From: Auanema rhodensis
Taxonomy: Eukaryota; Animalia; Nematoda
Length of the DNA: 64,000 bases
Direction: 5' to 3'
Assembly: GCA_964057225.1 (NCBI GenBank)
Contig: OZ059894.1
Location: forward strand, 4,836,001 to 4,900,000
Shown here: piece after piece, positions 14,401-30,200 of the stretch
How positions within the stretch are numbered: position 1 is the first letter of the stretch
Layout of the letters: each line of letters begins with the position of its first letter
Notes under the pieces: generated by a model
Database searches by the model: none
What the model was told of the DNA's origin: nothing
The model's input: the letters and a program-made list of their open reading frames with translations, nothing else
Translations under genes and position numbers: made by a program

Positions 14401-17400
14401 AATTCATCATTTTTCAAACGATCATAACTAATTTTTGTATTGAGCGTTTCTCAATGTAGTATAGTGCATTCGATGCGGATTTTTAAGCTGCGTCGATCTG
14501 TGTTATCAGATTTGCGCTAGCTTAAAAATGCACCGAGATATCAACTGATATAAGTTCACACTTATATCCTCGATTTTCACCCTGAAGAATTAATTTTTTC
14601 GTTGAATAACATCGTCCATCGTCTTTGCCTTGAAAAAAGGAATCTAAAAACATCTACTTTTTGCTAAATTATTTTGAAATTTTTCGAAAAAATTTTGGCA
14701 AAATGTTTTTGGAAGCAATGTTGATTGTACATGGAAACTCAACATACACTAATGCATCATTTTTCAAACGATCATAACTAATTTTTGTATTGAGCGTTTC
14801 TCAATGTAGAATAGTGCATTCGATGCGGATTTGTAAGCTGCGTCGATCTGTGTTATCAGATTTGCGCTAGCTTAAAAATGCACCGAGATATCAACTGATA
14901 TAAGTTCACACTTAGATCCTCGATTTTCACCCTGAAGAATTAATTTTTTCGTTGAATAACAATGTCCATCGTCTTTGCCTTGAAAAAAGGAATCTAAAAA
15001 CATCTACTTTTTGCTAAATTATTTTGAAATTTTTCGAAAAAATTTTTGTCAAAATGTTTTTGGAAGCAATGTTCAGTGTACATGGAAACTCAACATACAC
15101 TAATGCATCATTTTTCAAACGATCATAACTAATTTTTGTATTAAGCGTTTCTCAATGTAGTATAGTGCATTCGATGCGGATTTTTAAGCTGCGTCGATCT
15201 GTGTTATCAGATTTGCGCTAGCTGAAAAATGCACCGAGATATCAACTGATATAAGTTCACACTTAGATCCTCGATTTTCACCCTGAAGAATTAATTTTTT
15301 CGTTGAATAACAATGTCCATCGTCTTTGCTTTGAAAAAAGGAATCTAAAAACATCTACTTTTTGCTAAATTATTTTGAAATTTTTCGAAAAAATTTTTGT
15401 CAAAATGTTTTTGGAAGCAATGTTGAGTGTACATGGAAACTCAACATACACTAATGCATCATTTTTCAAACGATCATAACTAATTTTTGTATTAAGCGTT
15501 TCTCAATGTAGTATAGTGCATTCGATGCGGATTTTTAAGCTGCGTCGAACTGTGTTATCAAATTTGCGCTAGCTTAAAAATGCACCGAGATATCAACTGA
15601 TATAAGTTCACACTTATATCCTCGATTTTCACCCTGAAGAATTAATTTTTTCGTTGAATAACAATGTCCATCGTCTTCGCCTTGAAAAAAGGAATCTAAA
15701 AACATTTACTTTTTGCTAAATTATTTTGAAATTTCTCGAAAAAATTTTTGTCAAAATGTTTTTGGAAGCAATGTTGAGTGTACATGGAAACTCAGCATAC
15801 ACTAATGCATCATTTTTCAAACGATCATAACTAATTTTTGTATTGAGCGTTTCTCAATGTAGTATAGTGCATTCGATGCGGATTTTTAAGCTGCGTCGAT
15901 CTGTGTTATCAGATTTGCGCTAGCTTAAAAATGCACCGAGATATCAACTGATATAAGTTCACACTTATATCCTCGATTTTCACCCTGAAGAATTAATTTT
16001 TTCGTTGAATAACAATGTCCATCGTTTTCGCCTTGAAAAAAGGAATCTAAAAACATTTACTTTTTGCTAAATTATTTTGAAATTTCTCGAAAAAATTTTT
16101 GTCAAAATGTTTTTGGAAGCAATGTTGAGTGTACATGGAAACTCAACATACACTAATTCATCATTTTTCAAACGATCATAACTAATTTTTGTATTGAGCG
16201 TTTCTCAATGTAGTATAGTGCATTCGATGCGGATTTTTAAGCTGCGTCGATCTGTGTTATCAGATTTGCGCTAGCTTAAAAATGCACCGAGATATCAACT
16301 GATATAAGTTCACACTTATATCCTCGATTTTCACCCTGAAGAATTAATTTTTTCGTTGAATAACATTGTCCATCGTCTTTGCCTTGAAAAAAGGATTCTA
16401 AAAACATCTACTCTTTGCTAAATTATTTTGAAATTTTTCGAAAAAATTTTTGTCAAAATGTTTTTGGAAGCAGTGTTGAGTGTACATGGAAACTCAACAT
16501 ACACTAATGCATCATTTTTCAAACGATCATAACTAATTTTTGTTTTAAGCTTCTCTCAATGTAGTATAGTGCATTCGATGCGGATTTTTAAGCTGCGTCG
16601 ATCTGTGTTATCAGATTTGCGCTAGCTTAAAAATGCACCGAGATATCAACTGATATAAGTTCACACTTATATCCTCGATTTTCACCCTGAAGAAATAATT
16701 TTTTCGTTGAATAACATTGTCCATCGTCTTTGCCTTGAAAAAAGGAATCTAAAAACATCTACTTTTTGCTAAATTATTTTGAAATTTTTCGAAAAACTTT
16801 TTGTCAAAATGTTTTTGGAAGCAATGTTGAGTGTACATGGAAACTCAACATACACTAATGCATCATTTTTCAAACGATCATAACTAATTTTTGTATCAAG
16901 CGTTTCTCAATGTAGTATAGTGCATGCGATGCGGATTTTTAAGCTGCGTCGATCTGTGTTATCAGATTTGCGCTAGCTTAAAAATGCACCGAGATATCAA
17001 CTGATATAAGTTCACACTTATATCCTCGATTTTCACCCTGAAGAATTAATTTTTTCGTTGAATAACATTGTCCATCGTCTTTGCCTTGAAAAATGGAATC
17101 TAAAAACATCTACTTTTTGCTAAATTATTTTGAAATTTTTCGAAAAAATTTTTGTCAAAATGTTTTTGGAAGCAATGTTGAGTGTACATGGTAACTCAAC
17201 ATACACTAATGCATCATTTTTCAAACGATCATAACTAATTTTTGTATTAAGCGTTTTTCAATGTAGTATAGTGCATTCGATGCGGATTTTTAAGCTGCGT
17301 CGATCTGTGTTATCAGATTTGCGCTAGCTTAAAAATGCACCGAGATATCAACTGATATAAGTTCACACTTATATCCTCGATTTTCATCCTGAAGAATTAA

Positions 17401-20400
17401 TTTTTTCGTTGAATAACATTGTCCATCGTCTTTGCCTTAAAAAATCGAATCTAAAAACATCTACTTTTCGCTAAATTATTTTGAAATTTTTCGAAAAAAT
17501 TTTTGTCAAAATGTTTTTGGAAGCAATGTTGAGTGTACATGGAAACTCAACATACACTAATGCATCATTTTTCAAACGATCATAACTAATTTTTGTATCA
17601 AGCGTTTTTCAATGTAGTATAGTGCATTCGATGCGGATTTTTAAGCTGCGTCGATCTGTGTTATCAGATTTGCGCTAGCTTAAAAATGCACCGAGATATC
17701 AACTGATACAAGTTCACACTTATATCCTCGATTTTCACCCTGAAGAAATAATTTTTTCGTTGAATAACATTGTCCATCGTCTTTGCCTTAAAAAAAGGAT
17801 TCTAAAAACATCTATTTTTTGCTAAATTATTTTGAAATTTTTCGAAAAAATTTTTGTCAAAATGTTTTTGGAAGCAATGTTGAGTGTACATGGAAACTCA
17901 ACATACACTAATGCATCATTTTTCAAACGATCATAACTAATTTTTGTTTTAAGCGTTTCTCAATGTAGTATAGTGCATTTGATGCGGATTTTTAAGCTGC
18001 GTCGATCTGTGTTATCAGATTTGCGCTAGCTTAAAAATGCACCGAGATATCAACTGATATAAGTTCACACTTATATCCTCGATTTTCACCCTGAAGAATT
18101 AATTTTTTTGTTGAATAACATTGTCCATCGTCTTTGCCTTGTAAAAAGGAATCTAAAAACATCTACTTTTTGCTAAATTATTTTGAAATTTTTCGAAAAA
18201 ATTTTTGTCAAAATGTTTTTGGAAGCAGTGTTGAGTGTACATGGAAACTCAACATACACTAATGCATCATTTTTCAAACGATCATAACTAATTTTTGTAT
18301 TAAGCGTTTCTCAATGTAGTATAGTGCATTCGATGCGGATTTTTAAGCTGCGTCGATCTGTGTTATCAGATTTGCGCTAGCTTAAAAATGCACCGAGATA
18401 TCAACAGATATAAGTTCACACTTATATCCTCGATTTTCACCCTGAAGAATTATTTTTTTCGTTGAATAACATTGTCCATCGTCTTTGCCTTGAAAAAAGG
18501 AATCTAAAAACATCTACTTTTTGCTAAATTATTCTGAAATTTTTCGAAAAAATTTTTGTCAAAATGTTTTTGGAAGCAATGTTGAGTGTACATGGAAACT
18601 CAACATACACTAATGCATCATTTTTCAAACGATCATAACTAATTTTTGTAATAAGCGTTTCTCAATATAGTTTAGTGCATTCGATGCGGATTTTTAAGCT
18701 GCGTCGATCTGTGTTATCAGATTTGCGCTAGCTTAAAAATGCACCGAGATATCAACTGATATAAGTTCACACTTATATCCTCGATTTTCATCCTGAAGAA
18801 TCAATTTTTTTGTTGAATAACATTGTCCATCGTCTTTGCCTTGAAAAAAGGATTCTGAAAACATCTACTTTTTGCTAAATTATTTTGAAATTTTTTGAAA
18901 AAATTTTTGTCAAAATGTTTTTGGAAGCAGTGTTGAGTGTACATGGAAACTCAACATACACTAATGCATCATTTTTCAAACGATCATAACTAATTTTTGT
19001 ATTAAGCTTCTCTCAATGTAGTATAGTGCATTCGATGCGGATTTTTAAGCTGCGTCGATCTGTGTTATCAGATTTGCGCTAGCTTGAAAATGCACCGAGA
19101 TATCAACTGATATAAGTTCACACTTATATCCTCGATTTTCACCCTGAAGAATTAATTTTTTCGTTGAATAACAATGTCCATCGTCTTCGCCTTGAAAAAA
19201 GGAATCTAAAAACATTTTCTTTTTGCTAAATTATTTTGAAATTTCTCGAAAAAATTTTTGTCAAAATGTTTTTGGAAGCAATGTTGAGTGTACATGGAAA
19301 CTCAACATACACTAATTCATCATTTTTCAAACGATCATAACTAATTTTTGTATTGAGCGTTTCTCAATGTAGTATAGTGCATTCGATGCGGATTTTTAAG
19401 CTGCGTCGATCTGTGTTATCAGATTTGCGCTAGCTTAAAAATGCACCGAGATATCAACTGATATAAGTTCACACTTATATCCTCGATTTTCACCCTGAAG
19501 AATTAATTTTTTCGTTGAATAACATCGTCCATCGTCTTTGCCTTGAAAAAAGGAATCTAAAAACATCTACTTTTTGCTAAATTATTTTGAAATTTTTCGA
19601 AAAAATTTTTGTCAAAATGTTTTTGGAAGCAATGTTGATTGTACATGGAAACTCAACATACACTAATGCATCATTTTTCAAACGATCATAACTAATTTTT
19701 GTATTGAGCGTTTCTCAATGTAGAATAGTGCATTCGATGCGGATTTGTAAGCTGCGTCGATCTGTGTTATCAGATTTGCGCTAGCTTAAAAATGCACCGA
19801 GATATCAACTGATATAAGTTCACACTTAGATCCTCGATTTTCACCCTGAAGAATTAATTTTTTCGTTGAATAACAATGTCCATCGTCTTTGCCTTGAAAA
19901 AAGGAATCTAAAAACATCTACTTTTTGCTAAATTATTTTGAAATTTTTCGAAAAAATTTTTGTCAAAATGTTTTTGGAAGCAATGTTCAGTGTACATGGA
20001 AACTCAACATACACTAATGCATCATTTTTCAAACGATCATAACTAATTTTTGTATTAAGCGTTTCTCAATGTAGTATAGTGCATTCGATGCGGATTTTTA
20101 AGCTGCGTCGATCTGTGTTATCAGATTTGCGCTAGCTGAAAAATGCACCGAGATATCAACTGATATAAGTTCACACTTAGATCCTCGATTTTCACCCTGA
20201 AGAATTAATTTTTTCGTTGAATAACAATGTCCATCGTCTTTGCTTTGAAAAAAGGAATCTAAAAACATCTACTTTTTGCTAAATTATTTTGAAATTTTTC
20301 GAAAAAATTTTTGTCAAAATGTTTTTGGAAGCAATGTTGAGTGTACATGGAAACTCAACATACACTAATGCATCATTTTTCAAACGATCATAACTAATTT

Positions 20401-21270
20401 TTGTATTAAGCGTTTCTCAATGTAGTATAGTGCATTCGATGCGGATTTTTAAGCTGCGTCGAACTGTGTTATCAAATTTGCGCTAGCTTAAAAATGCACC
20501 GAGATATCAACTGATATAAGTTCACACTTATATCCTCGATTTTCACCCTGAAGAATTAATTTTTTCGTTGAATAACAATGTCCATCGTCTTCGCCTTGAA
20601 AAAAGGAATCTAAAAACATTTACTTTTTGCTAAATTATTTTGAAATTTCTCGAAAAAATTTTTGTCAAAATGTTTTTGGAAGCAATGTTGAGTGTACATG
20701 GAAACTCAGCATACACTAATGCATCATTTTTCAAACGATCATAACTAATTTTTGTATTGAGCGTTTCTCAATGTAGTATAGTGCATTCGATGCGGATTTT
20801 TAAGCTGCGTCGATCTGTGTTATCAGATTTGCGCTAGCTTAAAAATGCACCGAGATATCAACTGATATAAGTTCACACTTATATCCTCGATTTTCACCCT
20901 GAAGAATTAATTTTTTCGTTGAATAACAATGTCCATCGTTTTCGCCTTGAAAAAAGGAATCTAAAAACATTTACTTTTTGCTAAATTATTTTGAAATTTC
21001 TCGAAAAAATTTTTGTCAAAATGTTTTTGGAAGCAATGTTGAGTGTACATGGAAACTCAACATACACTAATTCATCATTTTTCAAACGATCATAACTAAT
21101 TTTTGTATTGAGCGTTTCTCAATGTAGTATAGTGCATTCGATGCGGATTTTTAAGCTGCGTCGATCTGTGTTATCAGATTTGCGCTAGCTTAAAAATGCA
21201 CCGAGATATCAACTGATATAAGTTCACACTTATATCCTCGATTTTCACCCTGAAGAATTAATTTTTTCGT
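11440..21270. repeat. Tandem duplication of a 14-monomer (~4.9 kb) block (higher-order repeat); boundaries approximate
   Basis: Rare variants recur at a 4913-4914 bp offset: AAAACTTTT 11884/16797, GGTAACTC 12279/17192, CTCAGCAT 15795/20709. Confidence 0.88.
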
Positions 21271-24200
21271 TGAATAACATCGTCCATCGTCTTTGCCTTG
21301 AGAAAAGGAATCTAAAAACATCTACTTTTTGCTAAATTATTTTGAAATTTTTCGAAAAAATTTTTGTCAAAATGTTTTTGGAAGCAATGTTGATTGTACA
21401 TGGAAACTCAACATACACTAATGCATCATTTTTCAAACGATCATAACTAATTTTTGTATTGAGCGTTTCTCAATGTAGAATAGTGCATTCGATGCGGATT
21501 TTTAAGCTGCGTCGGTCTGTGTTATCAGATTTGCGCTAGCTTAAAAATGCACCGAGATATCAACTGATATATGTTCACACTTATATCCTCGATTTTCACC
21601 CTGAAGAATTGATTTTTTCGTTGAATAACAATGTCCATCGTCTTTGCCTTGAAAAAAGGAATCTAAAAACATCTACTTTTTGCTAAATTATTTTGAAATT
21701 TTTCGAAAAAATTTTTGTCAAAATGTTTTTGGAAGCAATGTTGAGTGTACATGGAAACTCAACATACACTAATGCATCATTTTTCAAACGATCATAACTA
21801 ATTTTTGTATTGAGCGTTTCTCAATGTAGTATAGTGCATTCGATGCGGATTTTTAAGCTGCGTCGATCTGTGTTATCAGATTTGCGCTAGCTTAAAAATG
21901 CACCGAGATATCAACTGATATAAGTTCACACTTATATCCTCGATTTTCACCCTGAAGAATTAATTTTTTCGTTGAATAACAATGTCCATCGTTTTCGCCT
22001 TGAAAAAAGGAATCTAAAAACATTTACTTTTTGCTAAATTATTTTGAAATTTCTCGAAAAAATTTTTGTCAAAATGTTTTTGGAAGCAATGTTGAGTGTA
22101 CATGGAAACTCAACATACACTAATTCATCATTTTTCAAACGATCATAACTAATTTTTTTATTGAGCGTTTCTCAATGTAGTATAGTGCATTCGATGCGGA
22201 TTTTTAAGCTGCGTCGATCTGTGTTATCAGATTTGCGCTAGCTTAAAAATGCACCGAGATATCAACTGATATAAGTTCACACTTATATCCTCGATTTTCA
22301 CCCTGAAGAATTATTTTTTTCGTTGAATAACATCGTCCATCGTCTTTGCCTTGAAAAAAGGAATCTAAAAACATCTACTTTTTGCTAAATTATTTTGAAA
22401 TTTTTCGAAAAAATTTTTGTCAAAATGTTTTTGGAAGCAATGTTGATTGTACATGGAAACTCAACATACACTAATGCATCATTTTTCAAACGATCATAAC
22501 TAATTTTTGTATTGAGCGTTTCTCAATGTAGAATAGTGCATTCGATGCGGATTTTTAAGCTGCGTCGGTCTGTGTTATCAGATTTGCGCTAGCTTAAAAA
22601 TGCACCGAGATATCAACTGATATATGTTCACACTTATATCCTCGATTTTCACCCTGAAGAATTAATTTTTTCGTTGAATAACAATGTCCATCGTCTTTGC
22701 CTTGAAAAAAGGAATCTAAAAACATCTACTTTTTGCTAAATTATTTTGAAATTTTTCGAAAAAATTTTTGTCAAAATGTTTTTGGAAGCAATGTTGAGTG
22801 TACATGGAAACTCAACATACACTAATGCATCATTTTTCAAACGATCATAACTAATTTTTGTATTAAGCGTTTCTCAATGTAGTATAGTGCATTCGATGCG
22901 GATTTTTAAGCTGCGTCGATCTGTGTTATCAGATTTGCGCTAGCTTAAAAATGCACCGAGATATCAACTGATATAAGTTCACACTAATATCCTCGATTTT
23001 CACCCTGAAGAATTAATTTTTTCGTTGAATAACAATGTCCATCGTCTTTGCCTTGAAAAAAGGAATCTAAAAACATTTACTTTTTGCTAAATTATTCTGA
23101 AATTTCTCGAAAAAATTTTTGTCAAAATGTTTTTGGAAGCAATGTTGATTGTACATGGAAACTCAACATACACTAATGCATCATTTTTCAAACGATCATA
23201 ACTAATTTTTGTATTGAGCGTTTCTCAATGTAGAATAGTGCATTCGATGCGGATTTTTAAGCTGCGTCGGTCTGTGTTATCAGATTTGCGCTAGCTTAAA
23301 AATGCACCGAGATATCAACTGATATATGTTCACACTTATATCCTCGATTTTCACCCTGAAGAATTAATTTTTTCGTTGAATAACAATGTCCATCGTCTTT
23401 GCCTTGAAAAAAGGAATCTAAAAACATCTACTTTTTGCTAAATTATTTTGAAATTTTTCGAAAAAATTTTTGTCAAAATGTTTTTGGAAGCAATGTTGAG
23501 TGTACATGGAAACTCAACATACACTAATGCATCATTTTTCAAACGATCATAACTAATTTTTGTATTAAGCGTTTCTCAATGTAGTATAGTGCATTCGATG
23601 CGGATTTTTAAGCTGCGTCGATCTGTGTTATCAGATTTGCGCTAGCTTAAAAATGCACCGAGATATCAACTGATATAAGTTCACACTAATATCCTCGATT
23701 TTCACCCTGAAGAATTAATTTTTTCGTTGAATAACAATGTCCATCGTCTTTGCCTTGAAAAAAGGAATCTAAAAACATTTACTTTTTGCTAAATTATTTT
23801 GAAATTTCTCGAAAAAATTTTTGTCAAAATGTTTTTGGAAGCAATGTTGAGTGTACATGGAAACTCAACATACACTAATTCATCATTTTTCAAACGATCA
23901 TAACTAATTTTTGTATTAAGCGTTTCTCAATGTAGTATAGTGCATTCGATGCGGATTTTTAAGCTGCGTCGATCTGTGTTATCAGATTTGCGCTAGCTTA
24001 AAAATGCACCGAGATATCAACTGATATAAGTTCACACTTATATCCTCGATTTTCACCCTGAAGAAATAATTTTTTCGTTGAATAACATTGTCCATCGTCT
24101 TTGCCTTGAAAAAAGGATTCTAAAAACATCTACTTTTTGCTAAATTATTTTGAAATTTTTCGAAAAAATTTTTGTCAAAATTTTTTGGAAGCAATGTTGA

Positions 24201-27200
24201 GTGTACATGGAAACTCAACATACACTAATGCATCATTTTTCAAACGATCATAACTAATTTTTGTATTAAGCTTCTCTCAATGTAGTATAGTGCATTCGAT
24301 GCGGATTTTTAAGCTGCGTCGATCTGTGTTATCAGATTTGCGCTAGCTTAAAAATGCACCGAGATATCAACTGATATAAGTTCACACTTATATCCTCGAT
24401 TTTCACCCTGAAGAATTAATTTTTTCGTTGAATAACATTGTCTATCGTCTTTGCGTTGAAAAATGGAATCTAAAAACATCTACTTTTTGCTAAATTATTT
24501 TGAAATTTTTCGAAAAAATTTTTGTCAAAATGTTTTTGGAAGCAATGTTGAGTGTACATGGAAACTCAACATACACTAATTCATCATTTTTCAAACGATC
24601 ATAACTAATTTTTGTATTAAGCGTTTCTCAATGTAGTATAGTGCATTCGATGCGGATTTTTAAGCTGCATCGATCTGTGTTATCAGATTTGCGCTAGCTT
24701 AAAGATGCACCGAGATATCAACTGATATAAGTTCACACTTATATCCTCGATTTTCACCCTGAAGAATTAATTTTTTCGTTGAATAACAATGTCCATCGTC
24801 TTTGCCTTGAAAAAAGAAATCTAAAAACATCTACTTTTTGCTAAATTATTTTGAAATTTTTCGAAAAAATTTTTGTCAAAATGTTTTTGGAAGCAATGTT
24901 GAGTGTACATGGAAACTCAACATACACTAATGCATCATTTTTCAAACCATCATAACTAATTTTTGTATTAAGCGTTTCTCAATGTAGTATAGTGCATTCG
25001 ATGCGGATTTTTAAGCTGCGTCGATCTGTTTTATCAGATTTGCGCTAGCTTAAAAATGCACCGAGATATCAACTGATATAAGTTCACACTTATATCCTCG
25101 ATTTTCACCCTGAAGAATTAATTTTTTCGTTGAATAACAATGTCCATCGTCTTCGCCTTGAAAAAAGGAATCTAAAAACATCTACTTTTTGCTAAATTAT
25201 TTTGAAATTTCTCGAAAAAATTTTTGTCAAAATGTTTTTGGAAGCAATGTTGAGTGTACATGGAAACTCAACATACACTAATGCATCATTTTTCAAACGA
25301 TCATAACTAATTTTTGTATCAAGCGTTTTTCAATGTAGTATAGTGCATTCGATGCGGAATTTTAAGCTGCGTCGATCTGTGTTATCAGATTTGCGCTAGC
25401 TTAAAAATGCACCGAGATATCAACTGATATAAGTTCACACTTATATCCTCGATTTTCACCCTGAAGAAATAATTTTTTCGTTGAATAACATTGTCCATCG
25501 TCTTTGCCTTGAAAAATCGAATCTAAAAACATCTACTTTTCGCTAAATTATTTTGAAATTTTTCGAAAAAATTTTTGTCAAAATTTTTTGGAAGCAATGT
25601 TGAGTGTACATGGAAACTCAACATACACTAATGCATCATTTTTCAAACGATCATAACTAATTTTTGTATCAAGCGTGTTTTAATGTAGTATAGTGCATTC
25701 GATGCGGATTTTTAAGCTGCGTCGATCTGTGTTATCAGATTTGCGCTAGCTTAAAAATGCACCGAGATATCAACTGATACAAGTTCACACTTATATCCTC
25801 GATTTTCACCCTGAAGAAATAATTTTTTCGTTGAATAACATTGGCCATCGTCTTTGCCTTGAAAAAAGGATTCTAAAAACATCTACTTTTTGCTAAATTA
25901 TTCTGAAATTTTTCGAAAAAATTCTTGTCAAAATGTTTTTGGAAGCAATTTTGAGTGTACATGGAAACTCAACATACACTAATGCATCATTTTTCAAACG
26001 ATCATAACTAATTTTTGTATCAAGCGTTTCTTAATGTAGTATAGTGCATTTGATCCGGATTTTTAAGCTGCGTCGATCTGTGTTATCAGATTTGCGCTAG
26101 CTTAAAAATGCACCGAGATATCAACTGATATAAGTTCACACTTATATCCTCGATTTTCACCCTGAAGAAATAATTTTTTCGTTGAATAACATCGTCCATC
26201 GTCTTTGCCTTGAAAAAAGGAATCTAAAAACATCTACTTTTTGCTAAATTATTTTGAAATTTTTCGAAAAAATTTTTGTCAAAATGTTTTTGGAAGCAAT
26301 GTTGAGTGTACATGGAAACTCAACATACACTAATGCATCATTTTTCAAACGATCATAACTAATTTTTGTATTAAGCGTTTCTCAATGTAGTATAGTGCAT
26401 TCGATGCGGATTTTTAAGCTGCGTCGATCTGTTTTATCAGATTTGCGCTAGCTTAAAAATGCACCGAGATATCAACTGATACAAGTTCACACTTATATCC
26501 TCGATTTTCACCCTGAAGAAATAATTTTTTCGTTGAATAACATCGTCCATCGTCTTTGCCTTGAAAAAAGGAATCTAAAAACATCTACTTTTTGCTAAAT
26601 TATTTTGAAATTTTTCGAAAAAATTTTTGTCAAAATGTTTTTGGAAGCAATGTTGAGTGTACATGGAAACTCAACATACACTAATGCATCATTTTTCAAA
26701 CGATCATAACTAATTTTTGTATCAAGCGTTTTTCAATGTAGTATAGTGCATTCGATGCGGAATTTTAAGCTGCGTCGATCTGTGTTATCAGATTTGCGCT
26801 AGCTTAAAAATGCACCGAGATATCAACTGATATAAGTTCACACTTATATCCTCGATTTTCACCCTGAAGAAATAATTTTTTCGTTGAATAACATTGTCCA
26901 TCGTCTTTGCCTTGAAAAATCGAATCTAAAAACATCTACTTTTCGCTAAATTATTTTGAAATTTTTCGAAAAAATTTTTGTCAAAATTTTTTGGAAGCAA
27001 TGTTGAGTGTACATGGAAACTCAACATACACTAATGCATCATTTTTCAAACGATCATAACTAATTTTTGTATCAAGCGTTTCTTAATGTAGTATAGTGCA
27101 TTCGATCCGGATTTTTAAGCTGCGTCGATCTGTGTTATCAGATTTGCGCTAGCTTAAAAATGCACCGAGATATCAACTGATATAAGTTCACACTTATATC

Positions 27201-30200
27201 CTCGATTTTCACCCTGAAGAAATAATTTTTTCGTTGAATAACATCGTCCATCGTCTTTGCCTTGAAAAAAGGAATCTAAAAACATCTACTTTTTGCTAAA
27301 TTATTTTGAAATTTTTCGAAAAAATTTTTGTCAAAATGTTTTTGGAAGCAATGTTGAGTGTACATGGAAACTCAACATACACTAATGCATCATTTTTCAA
27401 ACGATCATAACTAATTTTTGTATTAAGCGTTTCTCAATGTAGTATAGTGCATTCGATGCGGATTTTTAAGCTGCGTCGATCTGTGTTATCAGATTTGCGC
27501 TAGCTTAAAAATGCACCGAGATATCAACTGATACAAGTTCACACTTATATCCTCGATTTTCACCCTGAAGAAATAATTTTTTCGTTGAATAACATCGTCC
27601 ATCGTCTTTGCCTTGAAAAAAGGAATCTAAAAACATCTACTTTTTGCTAAATTATTTTGAAATTTTTCGAAAAAATTTTTGTCAAAATGTTTTTGGAAGC
27701 AATGTTGAGTGTACATGGAAACTCAACATACACTAATGCATCATTTTTCAAACGATCATAACTAATTTTTGTATTAAGCGTTTCTCAATGTAGTATAGTG
27801 CATTCGATGCGGATTTTTAAGCTGCGTCGATCTGTGTTATCAGATTTGCGCTAGCTTAAAGATGCACCGAGATATCAACTGATATAAGTTCACACTTATA
27901 TCCTCGATTTTCACCCTGAAGAATTAATTTTTTCGTTGAATAACAATGTCCATCGTCTTTGCCTTGAAAAAAGAAATCTAAAAACATCTACTTTTTGCTG
28001 AATTATTTTGAAATTTTTCGAAAAAATTTTTGTCAAAATGTTTTTGGAAGCAATGTTGAGTGTACATGGAAACTCAACATACACTAATGCATCATTTTTC
28101 AAACCATCATAACTAATTTTTGTATTAAGCGTTTCTCAATGTAGTATAGTGCATTCGATGCGGATTTTTAAGCTGCGTCGATCTGTTTTATCAGATTTGC
28201 GCTAGCTTAAAAATGCACCGAGATATCAACTGATATAAGTTCACACTTATATCCTCGATTTTCACCCTGAAGAATTAATTTTTTCGTTGAATAACAATGT
28301 CCATCGTCTTCGCCTTGAAAAAAGGAATCTAAAAACATCTACTTTTTGCTAAATTATTTTGAAATTTCTCGAAAAAATTTTTGTCAAAATGTTTTTGGAA
28401 GCAATGTTGAGTGTACATGGAAACTCAACATACACTAATGCATCATTTTTCAAACGATCATAACTAATTTTTGTATCAAGCGTTTTTCAATGTAGTATAG
28501 TGCATTCGATGCGGAATTTTAAGCTGCGTCGATCTGTGTTATCAGATTTGCGCTAGCTTAAAAATGCACCGAGATATCAACTGATATAAGTTCACACTTA
28601 TATCCTCGATTTTCACCCTGAAGAAATGATTTTTTCGTTGAATAACATTGTCCATCGTCTTTGCCTTGAAAAATCGAATCTAAAAACATCTACTTTTCGC
28701 TAAATTATTTTGAAATTTTTCGAAAAAATTTTTGTCAAAATTTTTTGGAAGCAATGTTGAGTGTACATGGAAACTCAACATACACTAATGCATCATTTTT
28801 CAAACGATCATAACTAATTTTTGTATCAAGCGTTTTTTAATGTAGTATAGTGCATTCGATGCGGATTTTTAAGCTGCGTCGATCTGTGTTATCAGATTTG
28901 CGCTAGCTTAAAAATGCACCGAGATATCAACTGATATAAGTTCACACTTATATCCTCGATTTTCACCCTGAAGAAATAATTTTTTCGTTGAATAACATTG
29001 TCCATCGTCTTTGCCTTGAAAAATCGAATCTAAAAACATCTACTTTTCGCTAAATTATTTTGAAATTTTTCGAAAAAATTTTTGTCAAAATTTTTTGGAA
29101 GCAATGTTGAGTGTACATGGAAACTCAACATACACTAATGCATCATTTTTCAAACGATCATAACTAATTTTTGTATCAAGCGTTTTTTAATGTAGTATAG
29201 TGCATTCGATGCGGATTTTTAAGCTGCGTCGATCTGTGTTATCAGATTTGCGCTAGCTTAAAAATGCACCGAGATATCAACTGATACAAGTTCACACTTA
29301 TATCCTCGATTTTCACCCTGAAGAAATAATTTTTTCGTTGAATAACATTGGCCATCGTCTTTGCCTTGAAAAAAGGATTCTAAAAACATCTACTTTTTGC
29401 TAAATTATTTTGAAATTTTTCGAAAAAATTTTTGTCAAAATGTTTTTGGAAGCAATTTTGAGTGTACATGGAAACTCAACATACACTAATGCATCATTTT
29501 TCAAACGATCATAACTAATTTTTGTATCAAGCGTTTCTTAATGTAGTATAGTGCATTCGATCCGGATTTTTAAGCTGCGTCGATCTGTGTTATCAGATTT
29601 GCGCTAGCTTAAAAATGCACCGAGATATCAACTGATATAAGTTCACACTTATATCCTCGATTTTCACCCTGAAGAAATAATTTTTTCGTTGAATAACATC
29701 GTCCATCGTCTTTGCCTTGAAAAAAGGAATCTAAAAACATCTACTTTTTGCTAAATTATTTTGAAATTTTTCGAAAAAATTTTTGTCAAAATGTTTTTGG
29801 AAGCAATGTTGAGTGTACATGGAAACTCAACATACACTAATGCATCATTTTTCAAACGATCATAACTAATTTTTGTATTAAGCGTTTCTCAATGTAGTAT
29901 AGTGCATTCGATGCGGATTTTTAAGCTGCGTCGATCTGTGTTATCAGATTTGCGCTAGCTTAAAAATGCACCGAGATATCAACTGATACAAGTTCACACT
30001 TATATCCTCGATTTTCACCCTGAAGAAATAATTTTTTCGTTGAATAACATCGTCCATCGTCTTTGCCTTGAAAAAAGGAATCTAAAAACATCTACTTTTT
30101 GCTAAATTATTTTGAAATTTTTCGAAAAAATTTTTGTCAAAATGTTTTTGGAAGCAATGTTGAGTGTACATGGAAACTCAACATACACTAATGCATCATT

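Noticed and set aside
27911-28102. 63-aa minus-strand ORF in the satellite
   Set aside because: It exists only because a private A>G near 28000 (GCTGAATT versus GCTAAATT) removes a stop present in the other monomers. It has no recognisable domain. The 351-bp period is a multiple of 3, but no frame stays open across monomers.
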